A stretch of 64,000 nucleotides of DNA. It comes from Candidatus Latescibacterota bacterium (GTDB taxonomy: Bacteria; Latescibacterota; UBA2968). Of the stretch, positions 9,944 through 19,877 are shown one piece after another; within the stretch, counting starts at the first letter, position 1, and every line of letters starts with the position of its first letter. The stretch covers positions 384,001 to 448,000 of the forward strand of contig OZ242320.1 in the NCBI GenBank assembly GCA_965208125.1. Direction: 5' to 3'. A program made the position numbers and the translations under genes. The notes under the pieces were generated by a model that did not search any database, was not told where the DNA came from, and saw only the letters and a list, made by a program, of their open reading frames with translations.

Positions 9944-12025
9944 ATGACAAAAGCAAAACTCAAACGAGAAATCGGCTTACTCGGCGTCTATGCCATAGCA
10001 ACGGGCACGACCTTGAGCGCGGGATTCTTTTTATTGCCGGGTCTGGCTGCTGAACAGGCGGGTGCTGCCATTGTGCTGGCCTATATCGTCGCCGCTACGC
10101 CACTCGTACCCGCGATGTTCAGCATTATTGAACTGGCAACCGCCATGCCCCGTGCGGGTGGCGTGTATTATTTTTTAGACCGGTCACTCGGACCCTGGAT
10201 GGGCACGCTTGGAGGCATTGGCACCTGGCTGGCACTCGTATTAAAAGTATCATTCGCACTCGTGGGCATGGGAGCGTACATCGCGCTTTATGTACCCGAG
10301 TTGCCAATGACCCCCGTAGCCGTCGCAATTGCGGTTGGACTGGGCATACTGAATCTATTGGGCGCACAGAAAAGCGGTGGATTTCAGATGGCATTGGTGC
10401 TGGGTTTGTTGACGATCCTGGGGATATTTATCGGAGGAGGCGTACCTAATATTGAACAGGCGCGATTGGCCGCCATATTCGAGGCAGATACCCAGACGGT
10501 TTTATCCACGGCTGGCCTGGTCTATATCAGTTATGTCGGCGTAACAACCGTAGCGAGTTTATCAGAAGAAGTAAAACATCCCGAGCGCAATTTGCCTCTG
10601 GGCGTCATCTTCTCATTGATTACAGCGGTTCTGGTCTATGCATTGGGCACAGGCGTCATGGTCGGTGTATTGCCACTCGATCAACTGGTAGGTGATTTAA
10701 CACCCGCCGCCTCAGCGGCCAAAGCCGTATTTGGCAATTGGGGAGCGCTTGTCATCTCTCTGGCAGCCCTCCTCGCCTTTACATCGGTCGCCAATGCGGG
10801 AATGCTTTCGGCTTCTCGCTTTCCTCTGGCAATGAGCCGAGACCACATGATGCCGAGACTTTTTCAGCATTTGAATGCAAGAGGCGCACCTGTCCAAGGG
10901 GTATTGGTGACCATGGGCGTAATTGTTTTAATCCTCATCTTTCTCGACCCAACCAAAATTGCCAAATTGGCCAGTGCGTTTCAATTATTGATGTTCGCGC
11001 TGGTATGCCTGGCCGTAATTGTCATGCGCGAAAGCGGATTGGCTTCCTACGACTCGGGATATCATTCACCGCTATATCCGTGGATGCAGTTATTCGGCAT
11101 AGTAGCTTCGTGTACGTTAATCATTGAAATGGGCTGGTTATCGTCTCTATTCTCCCTGGGTCTGATCCTGCTGGGAACAATCTGGTATTTCAAATTTGCC
11201 CGAGACAAGGTCAACCGCGACGGCGCGATTTACCACATGTTTGAACGCTGGGGACAAAAGCGACACACCGGATTGGATGTCGAACTGCGGGGAATTCTAA
11301 AAGAAAAGGGATTGCGCGACGAAGATCCTTTCGAAGAGATCGCGGCGCGAAGTCTGGTCATCGATCTGGATCGTCCGGCTGAATTTGAGGACATAGTTCG
11401 ACAGGTATCGAAATGGTTATCGGGTCGCGTACCACACACCGTAGATGAAATCGAGAAACAATTGCTGGACCGCACGCATATTGGATCGACACCCGTGACG
11501 CACGGCGTGGGATTGCCACATCTGCGAATTGATGGGATTGAACACTGCGAAATGGTCATCGTGCGATCACTGCCGGGCATTCACATCCAGTTTACAGATC
11601 CACTGACCGGTCACGAGGTAGAAACGCAGCTAACCGCGCTCTTTTTCTTATTCAGCCCAGAGCACGACCCCTCACAGCACTTGCGCATTCTGGCACAAAT
11701 TGCGCGACGTGCAGACGATGAAAACTTCTTGCGCGAATGGCACTCTGCCAGCGATGAAGTCGAGTTAAAAGAAGTCCTGTTGCGCGACGAAGCCTTTTTA
11801 TTATTGACATTGCGCCGCGATCGCGCAACCGCCGACCTCATTGGCCGCGCCCTGATCGAGACAGATTTTCCAGAAGGCTGTCTCGTGGCGATGTTGCGCC
11901 GCAGCGGGCGCATGGTAATTCCCCGCGGCAATACCGTACTGCAAGAAAATGATCGATTGACAATTTTGGGAAATAATAAAGGATTGCGCAACCTCGAAGC
12001 GCGATATAGACGAATAGACGAATAG
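9944..12025 (+). CDS. APC amino-acid permease fused to PTS EIIA and TrkA-C (RCK_C) domains
   Basis: APC motifs (ELATAMPRAGG, SEEVKHPERNLP), EIIA GVGLPHLR and HLRILAQIAR, TrkA-C IPRGNTVLQENDRL. Confidence 0.85.
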   Translation: MTKAKLKREIGLLGVYAIATGTTLSAGFFLLPGLAAEQAGAAIVLAYIVAATPLVPAMFSIIELATAMPRAGGVYYFLDRSLGPWMGTLGGIGTWLALVLKVSFALVGMGAYIALYVPELPMTPVAVAIAVGLGILNLLGAQKSGGFQMALVLGLLTILGIFIGGGVPNIEQARLAAIFEADTQTVLSTAGLVYISYVGVTTVASLSEEVKHPERNLPLGVIFSLITAVLVYALGTGVMVGVLPLDQLVGDLTPAASAAKAVFGNWGALVISLAALLAFTSVANAGMLSASRFPLAMSRDHMMPRLFQHLNARGAPVQGVLVTMGVIVLILIFLDPTKIAKLASAFQLLMFALVCLAVIVMRESGLASYDSGYHSPLYPWMQLFGIVASCTLIIEMGWLSSLFSLGLILLGTIWYFKFARDKVNRDGAIYHMFERWGQKRHTGLDVELRGILKEKGLRDEDPFEEIAARSLVIDLDRPAEFEDIVRQVSKWLSGRVPHTVDEIEKQLLDRTHIGSTPVTHGVGLPHLRIDGIEHCEMVIVRSLPGIHIQFTDPLTGHEVETQLTALFFLFSPEHDPSQHLRILAQIARRADDENFLREWHSASDEVELKEVLLRDEAFLLLTLRRDRATADLIGRALIETDFPEGCLVAMLRRSGRMVIPRGNTVLQENDRLTILGNNKGLRNLEARYRRIDE

Positions 12026-12049
12026 ACGAATAGACGAACCCCGCCCTAC
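12006..12049. repeat. Tandem 8-mer (ATAGACGA x4) followed by a half GTAG-REP
   Basis: Four exact copies at 12006-12037 span the permease stop codon; CCCCGCCCTAC follows. Confidence 0.8.
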
Positions 12050-12126
12050 CACCCAAAATCACTACGAGCTTCGATTCGTAGATTCGTTGACGAACTGCCG
12101 GCGCAGTTGTACACCATTCCGCCCGA

Positions 12127-13698
12127 TCACCCGTAGAGACGGCCAACGGTCTCGGGATGTTTGCGAGCATCGCGCATGAGGCGATTGCCCCAGGTTGTGG
12201 GATATTTGCCCGTGACACATCCCAGACACAGGGTATCTGTTTCGCACCCAATGCTGGAACCCAGATCGGGAACATCGAGGTATCTCAGGCTATCGACATC
12301 GAGATCGATAGCCATTTTTTTTAGCGTTTGTGCGCTGGGCAGACCGCGGTATCGCACAGGGACATGTTCGGGAGCAAAAAGTTCGTCCAGGGTGGACATA
12401 TCAATACCGTAAAAACACGGCGCAACAATGGGCGGACAGGCCACGCGCACATGTACCTCGGTCGCGCCGCCGATATCGCGCACCTGATGGGCAAGGGTGC
12501 GAAGCGTGAGGGAGCGCACGATAGAATCTTCCACGAGGAAAACGCGTTTACCCGATAAAACAGAAGCCAATGACGTGTACTTGCTTTTAGCACTCTGCGA
12601 GCGGGTGGTTTTGGGCTGGATAAAAGTGCGCCCCACATAGCGATTGCGGATCACGCCTTCCATACAGGGCATATTCAAGTGATGAGCATAGGCATCGGCC
12701 GCGGCTTTAGCCGTATCGGGAACGGGCACAACCACACATGAATCGTCGATTTTCTGGTTTTCTTTCTCGGCCAAAATACGACCGGCCTCAGCGCGAGAAG
12801 TATAAACGCTGAGGCCGTCAATTTCACTGGCAACATTGGAAAAATAAACCCATTCAAAAAAGCAACGAGCTGTTTTTTTCGGTTCCGTATAGCACGCAAC
12901 GCGCAGGTCGCCATTTTCGACAATCACCATTTCGCCGGGTTTGAGCCATTTGATATCGCTAAAACCGAGATTAGAAAGAGCAGTTGATTCATTGGCTGCG
13001 GCAAAGAGACGGCCTTTCACCCCCCAGCACATGGGATGCAAACCGAGCGGATCGCGCGAGACGAACATGCGCCCCGAGGCGTCGAGAAATGCGATATTAT
13101 AAGCACCGTCAAAATCGCGAGAAAGCGAACGCATCACATCGGCCAGATCGGGTGGATTTTCACCCTTCAACCGATACGCCAGAGTATGCATGATAATTTC
13201 GGTATCGATATTGAGGGTAAAATGATACCCCTGCTTGGACAACAGGCGTTCGCGCAACAGCGTGTAATTGGCCAGATTGCCATTAAAAGCCAGACTAAAC
13301 CATTTCCAAATACGCCCGTGCTGTCGTTCAAAGGGCTGTGCGTAGCGCACATCGTCTTCACCACTCGTGGCATAGCGCGTGTGTCCAATCGCAGCAATCC
13401 CCGCATATTGGTTGATAATAGACTGGAATTTGCCTGGATGCGACATGCGGAAGGCTTCGGTAACGCCGCCCAGATCTTTAAAAGTGCGCAAAAGTTGATC
13501 GCGGTTGGGGTGATAAGAGCAATACCCCGCAGCGAGTTGCCCCCTGTTTTGAAGGTCGAGCAACATACCCGGCATAAGTGATGCAACATTTTCAAAGCCT
13601 GTACCGCAGTGATTCGATGCGGTATCATCGGCATTGCCGTTTTCCCTGAGCCAGTAGAGGGCTGCCACGCCGCATTCGTGACCAATATCTTCGCTCAT
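12127..13698 (-). CDS. purF: Amidophosphoribosyltransferase
   Basis: HECG propeptide/Cys1, QNRGQ, GHTRYATSG, CFFEWVYF, LVEDSIVR, CFYGIDM, CLGC. Confidence 0.95.
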   Translation of the reverse strand: MSEDIGHECGVAALYWLRENGNADDTASNHCGTGFENVASLMPGMLLDLQNRGQLAAGYCSYHPNRDQLLRTFKDLGGVTEAFRMSHPGKFQSIINQYAGIAAIGHTRYATSGEDDVRYAQPFERQHGRIWKWFSLAFNGNLANYTLLRERLLSKQGYHFTLNIDTEIIMHTLAYRLKGENPPDLADVMRSLSRDFDGAYNIAFLDASGRMFVSRDPLGLHPMCWGVKGRLFAAANESTALSNLGFSDIKWLKPGEMVIVENGDLRVACYTEPKKTARCFFEWVYFSNVASEIDGLSVYTSRAEAGRILAEKENQKIDDSCVVVPVPDTAKAAADAYAHHLNMPCMEGVIRNRYVGRTFIQPKTTRSQSAKSKYTSLASVLSGKRVFLVEDSIVRSLTLRTLAHQVRDIGGATEVHVRVACPPIVAPCFYGIDMSTLDELFAPEHVPVRYRGLPSAQTLKKMAIDLDVDSLRYLDVPDLGSSIGCETDTLCLGCVTGKYPTTWGNRLMRDARKHPETVGRLYG

Positions 13699-13707
13699 AA
13701 AAATCTC

Positions 13708-14811
13708 CTATCCCAATGCCTGATTCTGCATATAATGAATCCCCGCAACGATTTCCTCGCGCGTCACATCATCTCGCGGCACAATTTTTCCAATCCGCTC
13801 CGGCAATACAAAGCGGATGACACCGTCCCGCGCTTTCTTATCGCTTGCCATTCGCTCCAACACCTCATCGACCTTCAAATCGGGCACGCCTTTGGGGATA
13901 CCCAGGCGGGCAATAAGTGCATTTTGCCGCTCAAATGCCTCCCGCGGCCACATCCCCTTTTGCACCGCGATATACCCTGCGGCCAGCATTCCCAAACACA
14001 CCGCCTCGCCGTGTTTGTAATAATCATAATGCGTCACTACTTCCAGCGCGTGTCCCACCGTATGGCCGTAATTCAAAATTTCGCGCAAGCCCTTCTCGGT
14101 TTCATCGGCAGCCACAACACCCGCCTTGATGCGACACTGTTGGGCGACGAGCCAATTGATCTGATCCGCAGGCAGGCTTAAATTTGCCGCGCCCTCAATA
14201 CAATCTTCCAAAAACGCCACCAGACCGGGATCGCGTATGATCCCGTGCTTAATCACCTCTGCCATACCCGCCCGCACTTCGCGTTTGGGTAAAGTATCAA
14301 GTGTAGCCGTATCGATCAACACCAACTTTGGCTGGTGAAAAGCACCGATCATGTTCTTTCCCAAAACGTGATCCACGGCTGTTTTGCCCCCCACACTGGC
14401 ATCGACCTGTGCTTCCAGCGTCGTGGGCACCTGCACAAAATCAATCCCCCTCAAATACGTCGCAGCGACAAAACCTCCCATATCGCCGACCACACCACCG
14501 CCCAATGTCACAACACAGGATTTCCTATCCAATCCCGCCGCGATCAAATCGCCATATATCTGCGAGGCCGTCTCAAGCGTCTTGTATTGCTCCCCATCGG
14601 GCACAGTTACGACCACAACCTTCACACCGGCGCGCGCGAGACTCTGCTGAACCGCATCGAGATAGAGCGCGGCAACCGTCGGATTGGTCACAATCGCCGC
14701 TGTTTCTCCCAACCCGCGTTCCGCATACAAATCCCCCAAATCGCGCAAACAATCGCGACCAATTAAAATATCGTAACTTCGATCACCTAAATCAACCGTC
14801 ACCGTTTCCAT
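13708..14811 (-). CDS. aroB: 3-dehydroquinate synthase
   Basis: GGGVVGD, VPTTLxAQVDASVGGKT, LNYGHTVGHA, HGEAV; start reset to METVTV. Confidence 0.97.
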   Translation of the reverse strand: METVTVDLGDRSYDILIGRDCLRDLGDLYAERGLGETAAIVTNPTVAALYLDAVQQSLARAGVKVVVVTVPDGEQYKTLETASQIYGDLIAAGLDRKSCVVTLGGGVVGDMGGFVAATYLRGIDFVQVPTTLEAQVDASVGGKTAVDHVLGKNMIGAFHQPKLVLIDTATLDTLPKREVRAGMAEVIKHGIIRDPGLVAFLEDCIEGAANLSLPADQINWLVAQQCRIKAGVVAADETEKGLREILNYGHTVGHALEVVTHYDYYKHGEAVCLGMLAAGYIAVQKGMWPREAFERQNALIARLGIPKGVPDLKVDEVLERMASDKKARDGVIRFVLPERIGKIVPRDDVTREEIVAGIHYMQNQALG

Positions 14812-14825
14812 CACACCTTCCTTGG

Positions 14826-15101
14826 CTACGGAAATATCCTGTAAATATCTCTTCGATGAGCAATACGTTGGCATATAATCACCCTGTTTTCCCGTTCAAC
14901 CGCGATCCCTATACGATAATTGCCAATGCGGATCTTATATTTGTCTCGGTATCCCTTCATGCTTTCGATATATCCTAATTGAAAGGGGTTAGTTGAAGAA
15001 AGTTGATGAAATACAATGGCTTCTGCTCGTTTTTGAATATGTTCGGGAAGGCGTGCCAGTTCCCTCAAAAATCTCTCCGTATAATCAACTCTCCAGTTCA
15101 T
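14826..15101 (-). CDS. RelE/ParE-family toxin
   Basis: 91 aa, basic, YKIRIGNYRI and HRRDIY; overlaps the upstream antitoxin. Confidence 0.85.
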   Translation of the reverse strand: MNWRVDYTERFLRELARLPEHIQKRAEAIVFHQLSSTNPFQLGYIESMKGYRDKYKIRIGNYRIGIAVERENRVIICQRIAHRRDIYRIFP

Positions 15102-15294
15102 TTTTCAGTGACCGATAGTGTTGGTATGCTTCTTCTCCTGTGAGACAAGGCTCATCTTGGACTTCATCCATCAGGCGTGAGAGACCGTAATTTTCAATGA
15201 TCTCTTCGATGCGCTCAAATTCCGCAAGCGGAATCTGCACAGCGATTGGATTTTGGTTTTCATCGAGAACGTAATTTTTGTGTATTTCCAACAT
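15085..15294 (-). CDS. Putative antitoxin
   Basis: Small acidic ORF (YVLDENQNPIAVQIP) directly upstream of the RelE-like toxin; RBS GAGGAGG. Confidence 0.75.
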   Translation of the reverse strand: MLEIHKNYVLDENQNPIAVQIPLAEFERIEEIIENYGLSRLMDEVQDEPCLTGEEAYQHYRSLKNELES

Positions 15295-15311
15295 TTTTAC
15301 CTCCTCATTGT

Positions 15312-15872
15312 TCATCCCTGTTTATCAGTGGTTCTAAAAACACTCTGTAATTCAATCAATGCTGTCTCTGCTGTATCTTCGGGCGTGTGATCATTTGTCG
15401 AGGTTGCAAACGCATCTGCACGCGCATAAAAACGCTCTCGCTCTGCCATCATCACCTCAATTTTGTTTTTCAAACTCTCATCATCCAGCCTGGCCAGCAA
15501 GGGCCTTTCATCGCGCTTGCGGCTGACCCGTTCAAAAATCGTATCGACAGAAGCGCGAAAACAAATACAAACGCCTGTCTTGCGAATAACCGCCCAATTT
15601 CGCTCCTGCGTAATAGCACCACCGCCGAGAGAAACGACCACATTGCTCATCTTCGATGCCACGACAACTGCCTGGTGTTCCAACTGGCGAAATGCGGTCT
15701 CACCGTCTTGTTCAAAAATCTCGGGAATAGTTTTCCCAGCAGCATCGACCAGCAATTCATCTGTATCGACAAAGGTCCGCTTCAACCACCCGGCCAAAAT
15801 GCGCCCGACTCTGGTTTTCCCAGTAGCCATAAAACCGGTGAGGAATATGGGTTTATCAGGTAGATCAAACAC
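15312..15872 (-). CDS. aroK: Shikimate kinase
   Basis: GFMATGKT, DTD, GETAFR, GGGA, RPLL. Confidence 0.95.
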   Translation of the reverse strand: MFDLPDKPIFLTGFMATGKTRVGRILAGWLKRTFVDTDELLVDAAGKTIPEIFEQDGETAFRQLEHQAVVVASKMSNVVVSLGGGAITQERNWAVIRKTGVCICFRASVDTIFERVSRKRDERPLLARLDDESLKNKIEVMMAERERFYARADAFATSTNDHTPEDTAETALIELQSVFRTTDKQG

Positions 15873-15894
15873 AGCACTCTTCCACTATACGGTA

Positions 15895-17601
15895 TCACAT
15901 CTGTTCTGGCGTTTTCATCCCCAGCAAAGTTAGGCCCGATGCCAGCACCGTCTTAATCGCATAAACCAGTGCAACGCGGGCAGCCGTCAAATCCGCTTGT
16001 TCAGAAATAACCTGATGGGCATTGTAAAACCGATTGGCGACCGTACACAATTCAATCATAAGCGTTGTCACGACAGAGGGTTCGTATTCGTCTGCAGCTT
16101 TTTGAATCTGCCCTGGAAATCGCGCAAGACACTTGACGACCTCAATGGCTTCTGGCTCATTTAACAACGCGAAGTCGATATCCCTCGGCGGCAAAGTACC
16201 GTCATAACGCCGCAACACACTGCAATATCGCGCGTGGGTATATTGCAAATATGGACCGGTTTCGCCGTTGAAATTTAAAACCTCGTCCCAATCAAACACA
16301 ATATCGCGCGTCCGTTTGGAATCCAGATCCGCAAAAATAATCGCACCAATGCCCACATCTCGTGCAATCTGATCACTATTGGGCAAATCGGGATTCTTAT
16401 CGGCAATAATTTTTTGCGTCAACTCAATCGCGCGATTCAGCACATCTTCCAAAAAAACCACATTGCCCCTGCGCGTTGAGGCTCCAGTGCCATCTTTGAA
16501 TCGCAGCCGCCCAAATTGCACATGCGCGCATTTTTCTCGCCAGTCGTATTCCATCAATTCCAACACCTGAAACAACTGGCGAAAATACAGCGATTGCGCC
16601 ACATCCACCACATAGAGCAATTTTTCAAAACGATATGTTTCCCACCGATACTCCAGCGCAGCCAAATCGCGCGTACCGTATAATGTCGCATCGTCGCTAC
16701 GCAATGCGATCAAAGGCGGCATATCCCATTTTTCCAAATCCACAATGGTCGCGCCCTCACTCTCAGTCAGCAACCCCTTTGCCTGCAATCGATCCAATGT
16801 CGCGGGCATCTTATCCTGATAAAAACTCTCTCCGGCAATCGACTCAAACCCAATGCCCAGCATATCGTAAACGCGATCAAACTCCTTAAAACTCACATCC
16901 ACGCACACCTGCCACATCCGCACGGCTTCTTCATCGCCGTCTTCGAGGCGGCGAAACCAATCGCGGGCTTCTTGTTCGAGTTCGGGATTGTCTTCGATCT
17001 CCTCGTTAATGCGAACATAGAGTTCCAGCAACTTCTGAATGGTAATATCCGCCGTCAATTCGCCCTCACCCCAGTAATTCCACGCCAGAATCAATTTCGC
17101 AAACTGGGATCCCCAATCGCCCAGATGATTCACCCCAACCACTTCGTAGCCCAACGCCCGATAAATATTTCGCAAGGCATTGCCAATCACCGTTGACCGC
17201 AGATGGTGAATGCCAAATGGCTTGGCAATGTTGGGATGCGAAAAATCGATCACAACCGTCTTCCCAACACCACGATCTCCGCGCCCGTAATCCGTACCCT
17301 GTTCGAGAATCGCCGAGAGTGTTTCGCCAACCAAATTGGTCTTCGGCACAAAAAAATTGAGATACGGACCTGCGGGACGCACCTCTGAAATTCTATCACC
17401 CGTCGCAATTTGTGTACATAGCTCTTCGGCAATAAGATGGGGTGCTTTGCGAAAAATTTTGGCCAATGCAAAACACGGCAAAGCGTAATCACCCATCTCG
17501 GATTTTGGTGGCGTTTCGATCAGCGCCCTCACATCGCCACAAGACATCTCTATTGCTTTTGACACCTGCAATACAATTTCTTCGATAAAAGGATTGACCA
17601 T
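15895..17601 (-). CDS. argS: Arginine--tRNA ligase
   Basis: DFSHPNIAKPFGIHHLRS (HIGH-like), NHLGDWG, GETGPYLQYTHAR, DALR-type C-terminus. Confidence 0.97.
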   Translation of the reverse strand: MVNPFIEEIVLQVSKAIEMSCGDVRALIETPPKSEMGDYALPCFALAKIFRKAPHLIAEELCTQIATGDRISEVRPAGPYLNFFVPKTNLVGETLSAILEQGTDYGRGDRGVGKTVVIDFSHPNIAKPFGIHHLRSTVIGNALRNIYRALGYEVVGVNHLGDWGSQFAKLILAWNYWGEGELTADITIQKLLELYVRINEEIEDNPELEQEARDWFRRLEDGDEEAVRMWQVCVDVSFKEFDRVYDMLGIGFESIAGESFYQDKMPATLDRLQAKGLLTESEGATIVDLEKWDMPPLIALRSDDATLYGTRDLAALEYRWETYRFEKLLYVVDVAQSLYFRQLFQVLELMEYDWREKCAHVQFGRLRFKDGTGASTRRGNVVFLEDVLNRAIELTQKIIADKNPDLPNSDQIARDVGIGAIIFADLDSKRTRDIVFDWDEVLNFNGETGPYLQYTHARYCSVLRRYDGTLPPRDIDFALLNEPEAIEVVKCLARFPGQIQKAADEYEPSVVTTLMIELCTVANRFYNAHQVISEQADLTAARVALVYAIKTVLASGLTLLGMKTPEQM

Positions 17602-17626
17602 AAAAGACTACCTCTCCTCCTGTTCC

Positions 17627-18091
17627 CTATTTCAAAATATCCAAATCCAAAATTTTCTGTACATCGGCCTTCACTTGCGCGGGCACGCGAAACCGATAGC
17701 TCTTGCGTTGAGAAATGAGTTCCAAATCGCGCTCTGTGCGCCACACATATCTCGAAAAACGCTGCCAGGGCATGTAGCGCATACCCATCAGCAATCCGCG
17801 CGTGCTCATGGTCACGCGAATAGTAGCATACGCGATATAAAAAAACTCGAGAGAAAGCAAAAAGCCGAACAATTGCGGCACGAATCCCACACCATCTGAG
17901 ATCGCAGCCCCTCGAAACAGCACAATCCCTCCCGTCACAATCAAAAGCACATCCCATCGCTTTTGCAAAAAAACCACCACAGGCTCCTGCGCATTGGACA
18001 CATGACGCCGCAATCGCCAATAGGCCACAATAGACGCGCCCAATAAAACGGGAGCGAGAATCAACACAATTTGTATAAGTGTCAAAGACAT
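17627..18091 (-). CDS. Hypothetical membrane protein with a PH-like C-terminal tail
   Basis: Three hydrophobic segments then a GLL...PWxxF tail; packed between ubiE and argS. Confidence 0.6.
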   Translation of the reverse strand: MSLTLIQIVLILAPVLLGASIVAYWRLRRHVSNAQEPVVVFLQKRWDVLLIVTGGIVLFRGAAISDGVGFVPQLFGFLLSLEFFYIAYATIRVTMSTRGLLMGMRYMPWQRFSRYVWRTERDLELISQRKSYRFRVPAQVKADVQKILDLDILK

Positions 18092-18092
18092 G

Positions 18093-18854
18093 TTACGTTT
18101 TCGACGCCAGATAAATGGTTGCAATCCCAAAGCTCAACCGAACCGCCTGTATATCGACAAATCCTGCTTCAAATAACCAATCACAAAAATCATCACCTTC
18201 GGGAAAACGCATCACAGATTCGTACAAATAGCGGTAGGCATTCGGATCGCGGGAGACCATGTGTCCAATACGAGGCAAAATACGTTGAAAATAAAAATTG
18301 TAAAGGCCGCGGAACACAGGGATTCGCGGCCTTGAAAACTCCAGCACAGCCACACGCCCACCCACCTTGAGCACGCGGCACATCTCGCTCAGGGCCGTTT
18401 CCAATTCGGCCACATTGCGAATGCCAAATCCGATTGTCACGCCGTCAAATGTCTCCTCACCAAAGGGGAGACTCTCCCCATCGCCACACAAAAACGCGAC
18501 CGGATTTGCTCGCGATGCATTTTTTTTTGCGCCCTCGCGCAACATCGGCATTGAAGGATCGACACCGATCACCTGAATATTGCCAGCGCGCTTGCCGCAT
18601 TCAAACCCCAAATCGCCCGTACCCGTAGCCAGGTCTAAAATGCGCCAGTTTGGCCCGGGTCGCAATCGGTCAACAGTCTTTTTTCGCCAAACAATATCAA
18701 CGCCCATGCTCAACAGGTGGTTGAGCAAATCGTATCTGCGGGCAATTCCGTCGAACATCTGACGCACAAAAGCGCGCTTGGCTTCTGGTTCGAGCAACAC
18801 ATCGCGCGCGATACCCGCAGGATTTTTAGGGCTATGCCTGTGTTCACCTCTCAT
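18093..18854 (-). CDS. ubiE: UbiE/MenG demethylmenaquinone methyltransferase
   Basis: FDGIARRYDLLNHLLSMG, LDLATGTGD, FGIRNV, AYRYLYES; start uncertain. Confidence 0.93.
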   Translation of the reverse strand: MRGEHRHSPKNPAGIARDVLLEPEAKRAFVRQMFDGIARRYDLLNHLLSMGVDIVWRKKTVDRLRPGPNWRILDLATGTGDLGFECGKRAGNIQVIGVDPSMPMLREGAKKNASRANPVAFLCGDGESLPFGEETFDGVTIGFGIRNVAELETALSEMCRVLKVGGRVAVLEFSRPRIPVFRGLYNFYFQRILPRIGHMVSRDPNAYRYLYESVMRFPEGDDFCDWLFEAGFVDIQAVRLSFGIATIYLASKT

Positions 18855-19722
18855 TTTTTGTGCCGACCCGTTTGACAACGACATCTTTCATCACATCAGT
18901 CGGTGGCTCAACACCCGTCCAGATCGCAAAAGAACGCGCGCCTTGAAAAACCAGCATATCCAGTCCACCAAAAGCCGGTGCGCCAACCGACTGAAACGCG
19001 CGCATCAACTGCGTTTCCAGCGGATTGAACACCGTATCATAGAGCACCAAATCCGGATGGACAGCGCGTGCATCGGCAAGGGGTGAGGCATTGACCTCGG
19101 GATACATCCCCAGCGAAGTGGTATTCACAACCACGCCCGCATCGACAAACGCCCTGCACTGCGCATCGGCATCCAGCGCGCCCACATTCATTTTTGTACC
19201 TGTTATTTTTTCCATATCCAGCGCCAGCGCCTCTGCGCGCTTAACCGTGCGATTCAAAATTGTCACCCGCTGCACCTCGTCTTGCGTCCCCAGCGCATAC
19301 GCCACAGCGCGGGCCGCTCCACCTGCGCCGAGCACCACACAATGCGCGGGAAATGTCTCAACCCCCGCAATATCGCGCAATGCCCTCAAGACGCCATAGA
19401 CATCCGTATTGTATCCGACCAACTCATCTTCTTCGCGCGAAATAGTATTAACCGCCCCCACGGCCAGCGCTTCGGCTGAAATGCGGTCCATGTGTTCCAT
19501 CACCGCCAGCTTGTGCGGAATAGTTACATTTAACCCGCGAATATTCAACCCGCGCAACCCCTTCATCGCCTCGCCCACGCGGTCGGGCAACACGTGAAAA
19601 GCCACATAACAATAATCCACATCTAATGCGGCGATCGCGGCATTGTGCATATCGGGAGAAAACGAATGAGCCACCGGGTCGCCAATAACGCCCAGCACCT
19701 GACTTGTTGCGCGAATACTCAT
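18844..19722 (-). CDS. aroE: Shikimate dehydrogenase
   Basis: HSFSP, NVTIPHK, GAVNT, NTD, GAGGAARA, GLDMLVFQG. Confidence 0.96.
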   Translation of the reverse strand: MSIRATSQVLGVIGDPVAHSFSPDMHNAAIAALDVDYCYVAFHVLPDRVGEAMKGLRGLNIRGLNVTIPHKLAVMEHMDRISAEALAVGAVNTISREEDELVGYNTDVYGVLRALRDIAGVETFPAHCVVLGAGGAARAVAYALGTQDEVQRVTILNRTVKRAEALALDMEKITGTKMNVGALDADAQCRAFVDAGVVVNTTSLGMYPEVNASPLADARAVHPDLVLYDTVFNPLETQLMRAFQSVGAPAFGGLDMLVFQGARSFAIWTGVEPPTDVMKDVVVKRVGTKNER

Positions 19723-19877
19723 CAAGACCTTCGATTGCCATCCAGCAAATCATTCACAAACTCATCAGCGATATCAAAACTCTCTCTCCACGAGCAACCA
19801 TACGTATAGCGTATAAATGCCACACCGCCCAGGATCATCAAAATCGCAAAGAGCGCGAGCTTAAAAAGTATCTTCAT
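19722..19877 (-). CDS. Small (51 aa) single-TM protein
   Basis: MKILFKLALFAILMILGGVAFIRY...; RBS GAGGTGA; ATGA overlap with the aroA-like stop and TGATG overlap with aroE. Confidence 0.65.
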   Translation of the reverse strand: MKILFKLALFAILMILGGVAFIRYTYGCSWRESFDIADEFVNDLLDGNRRS

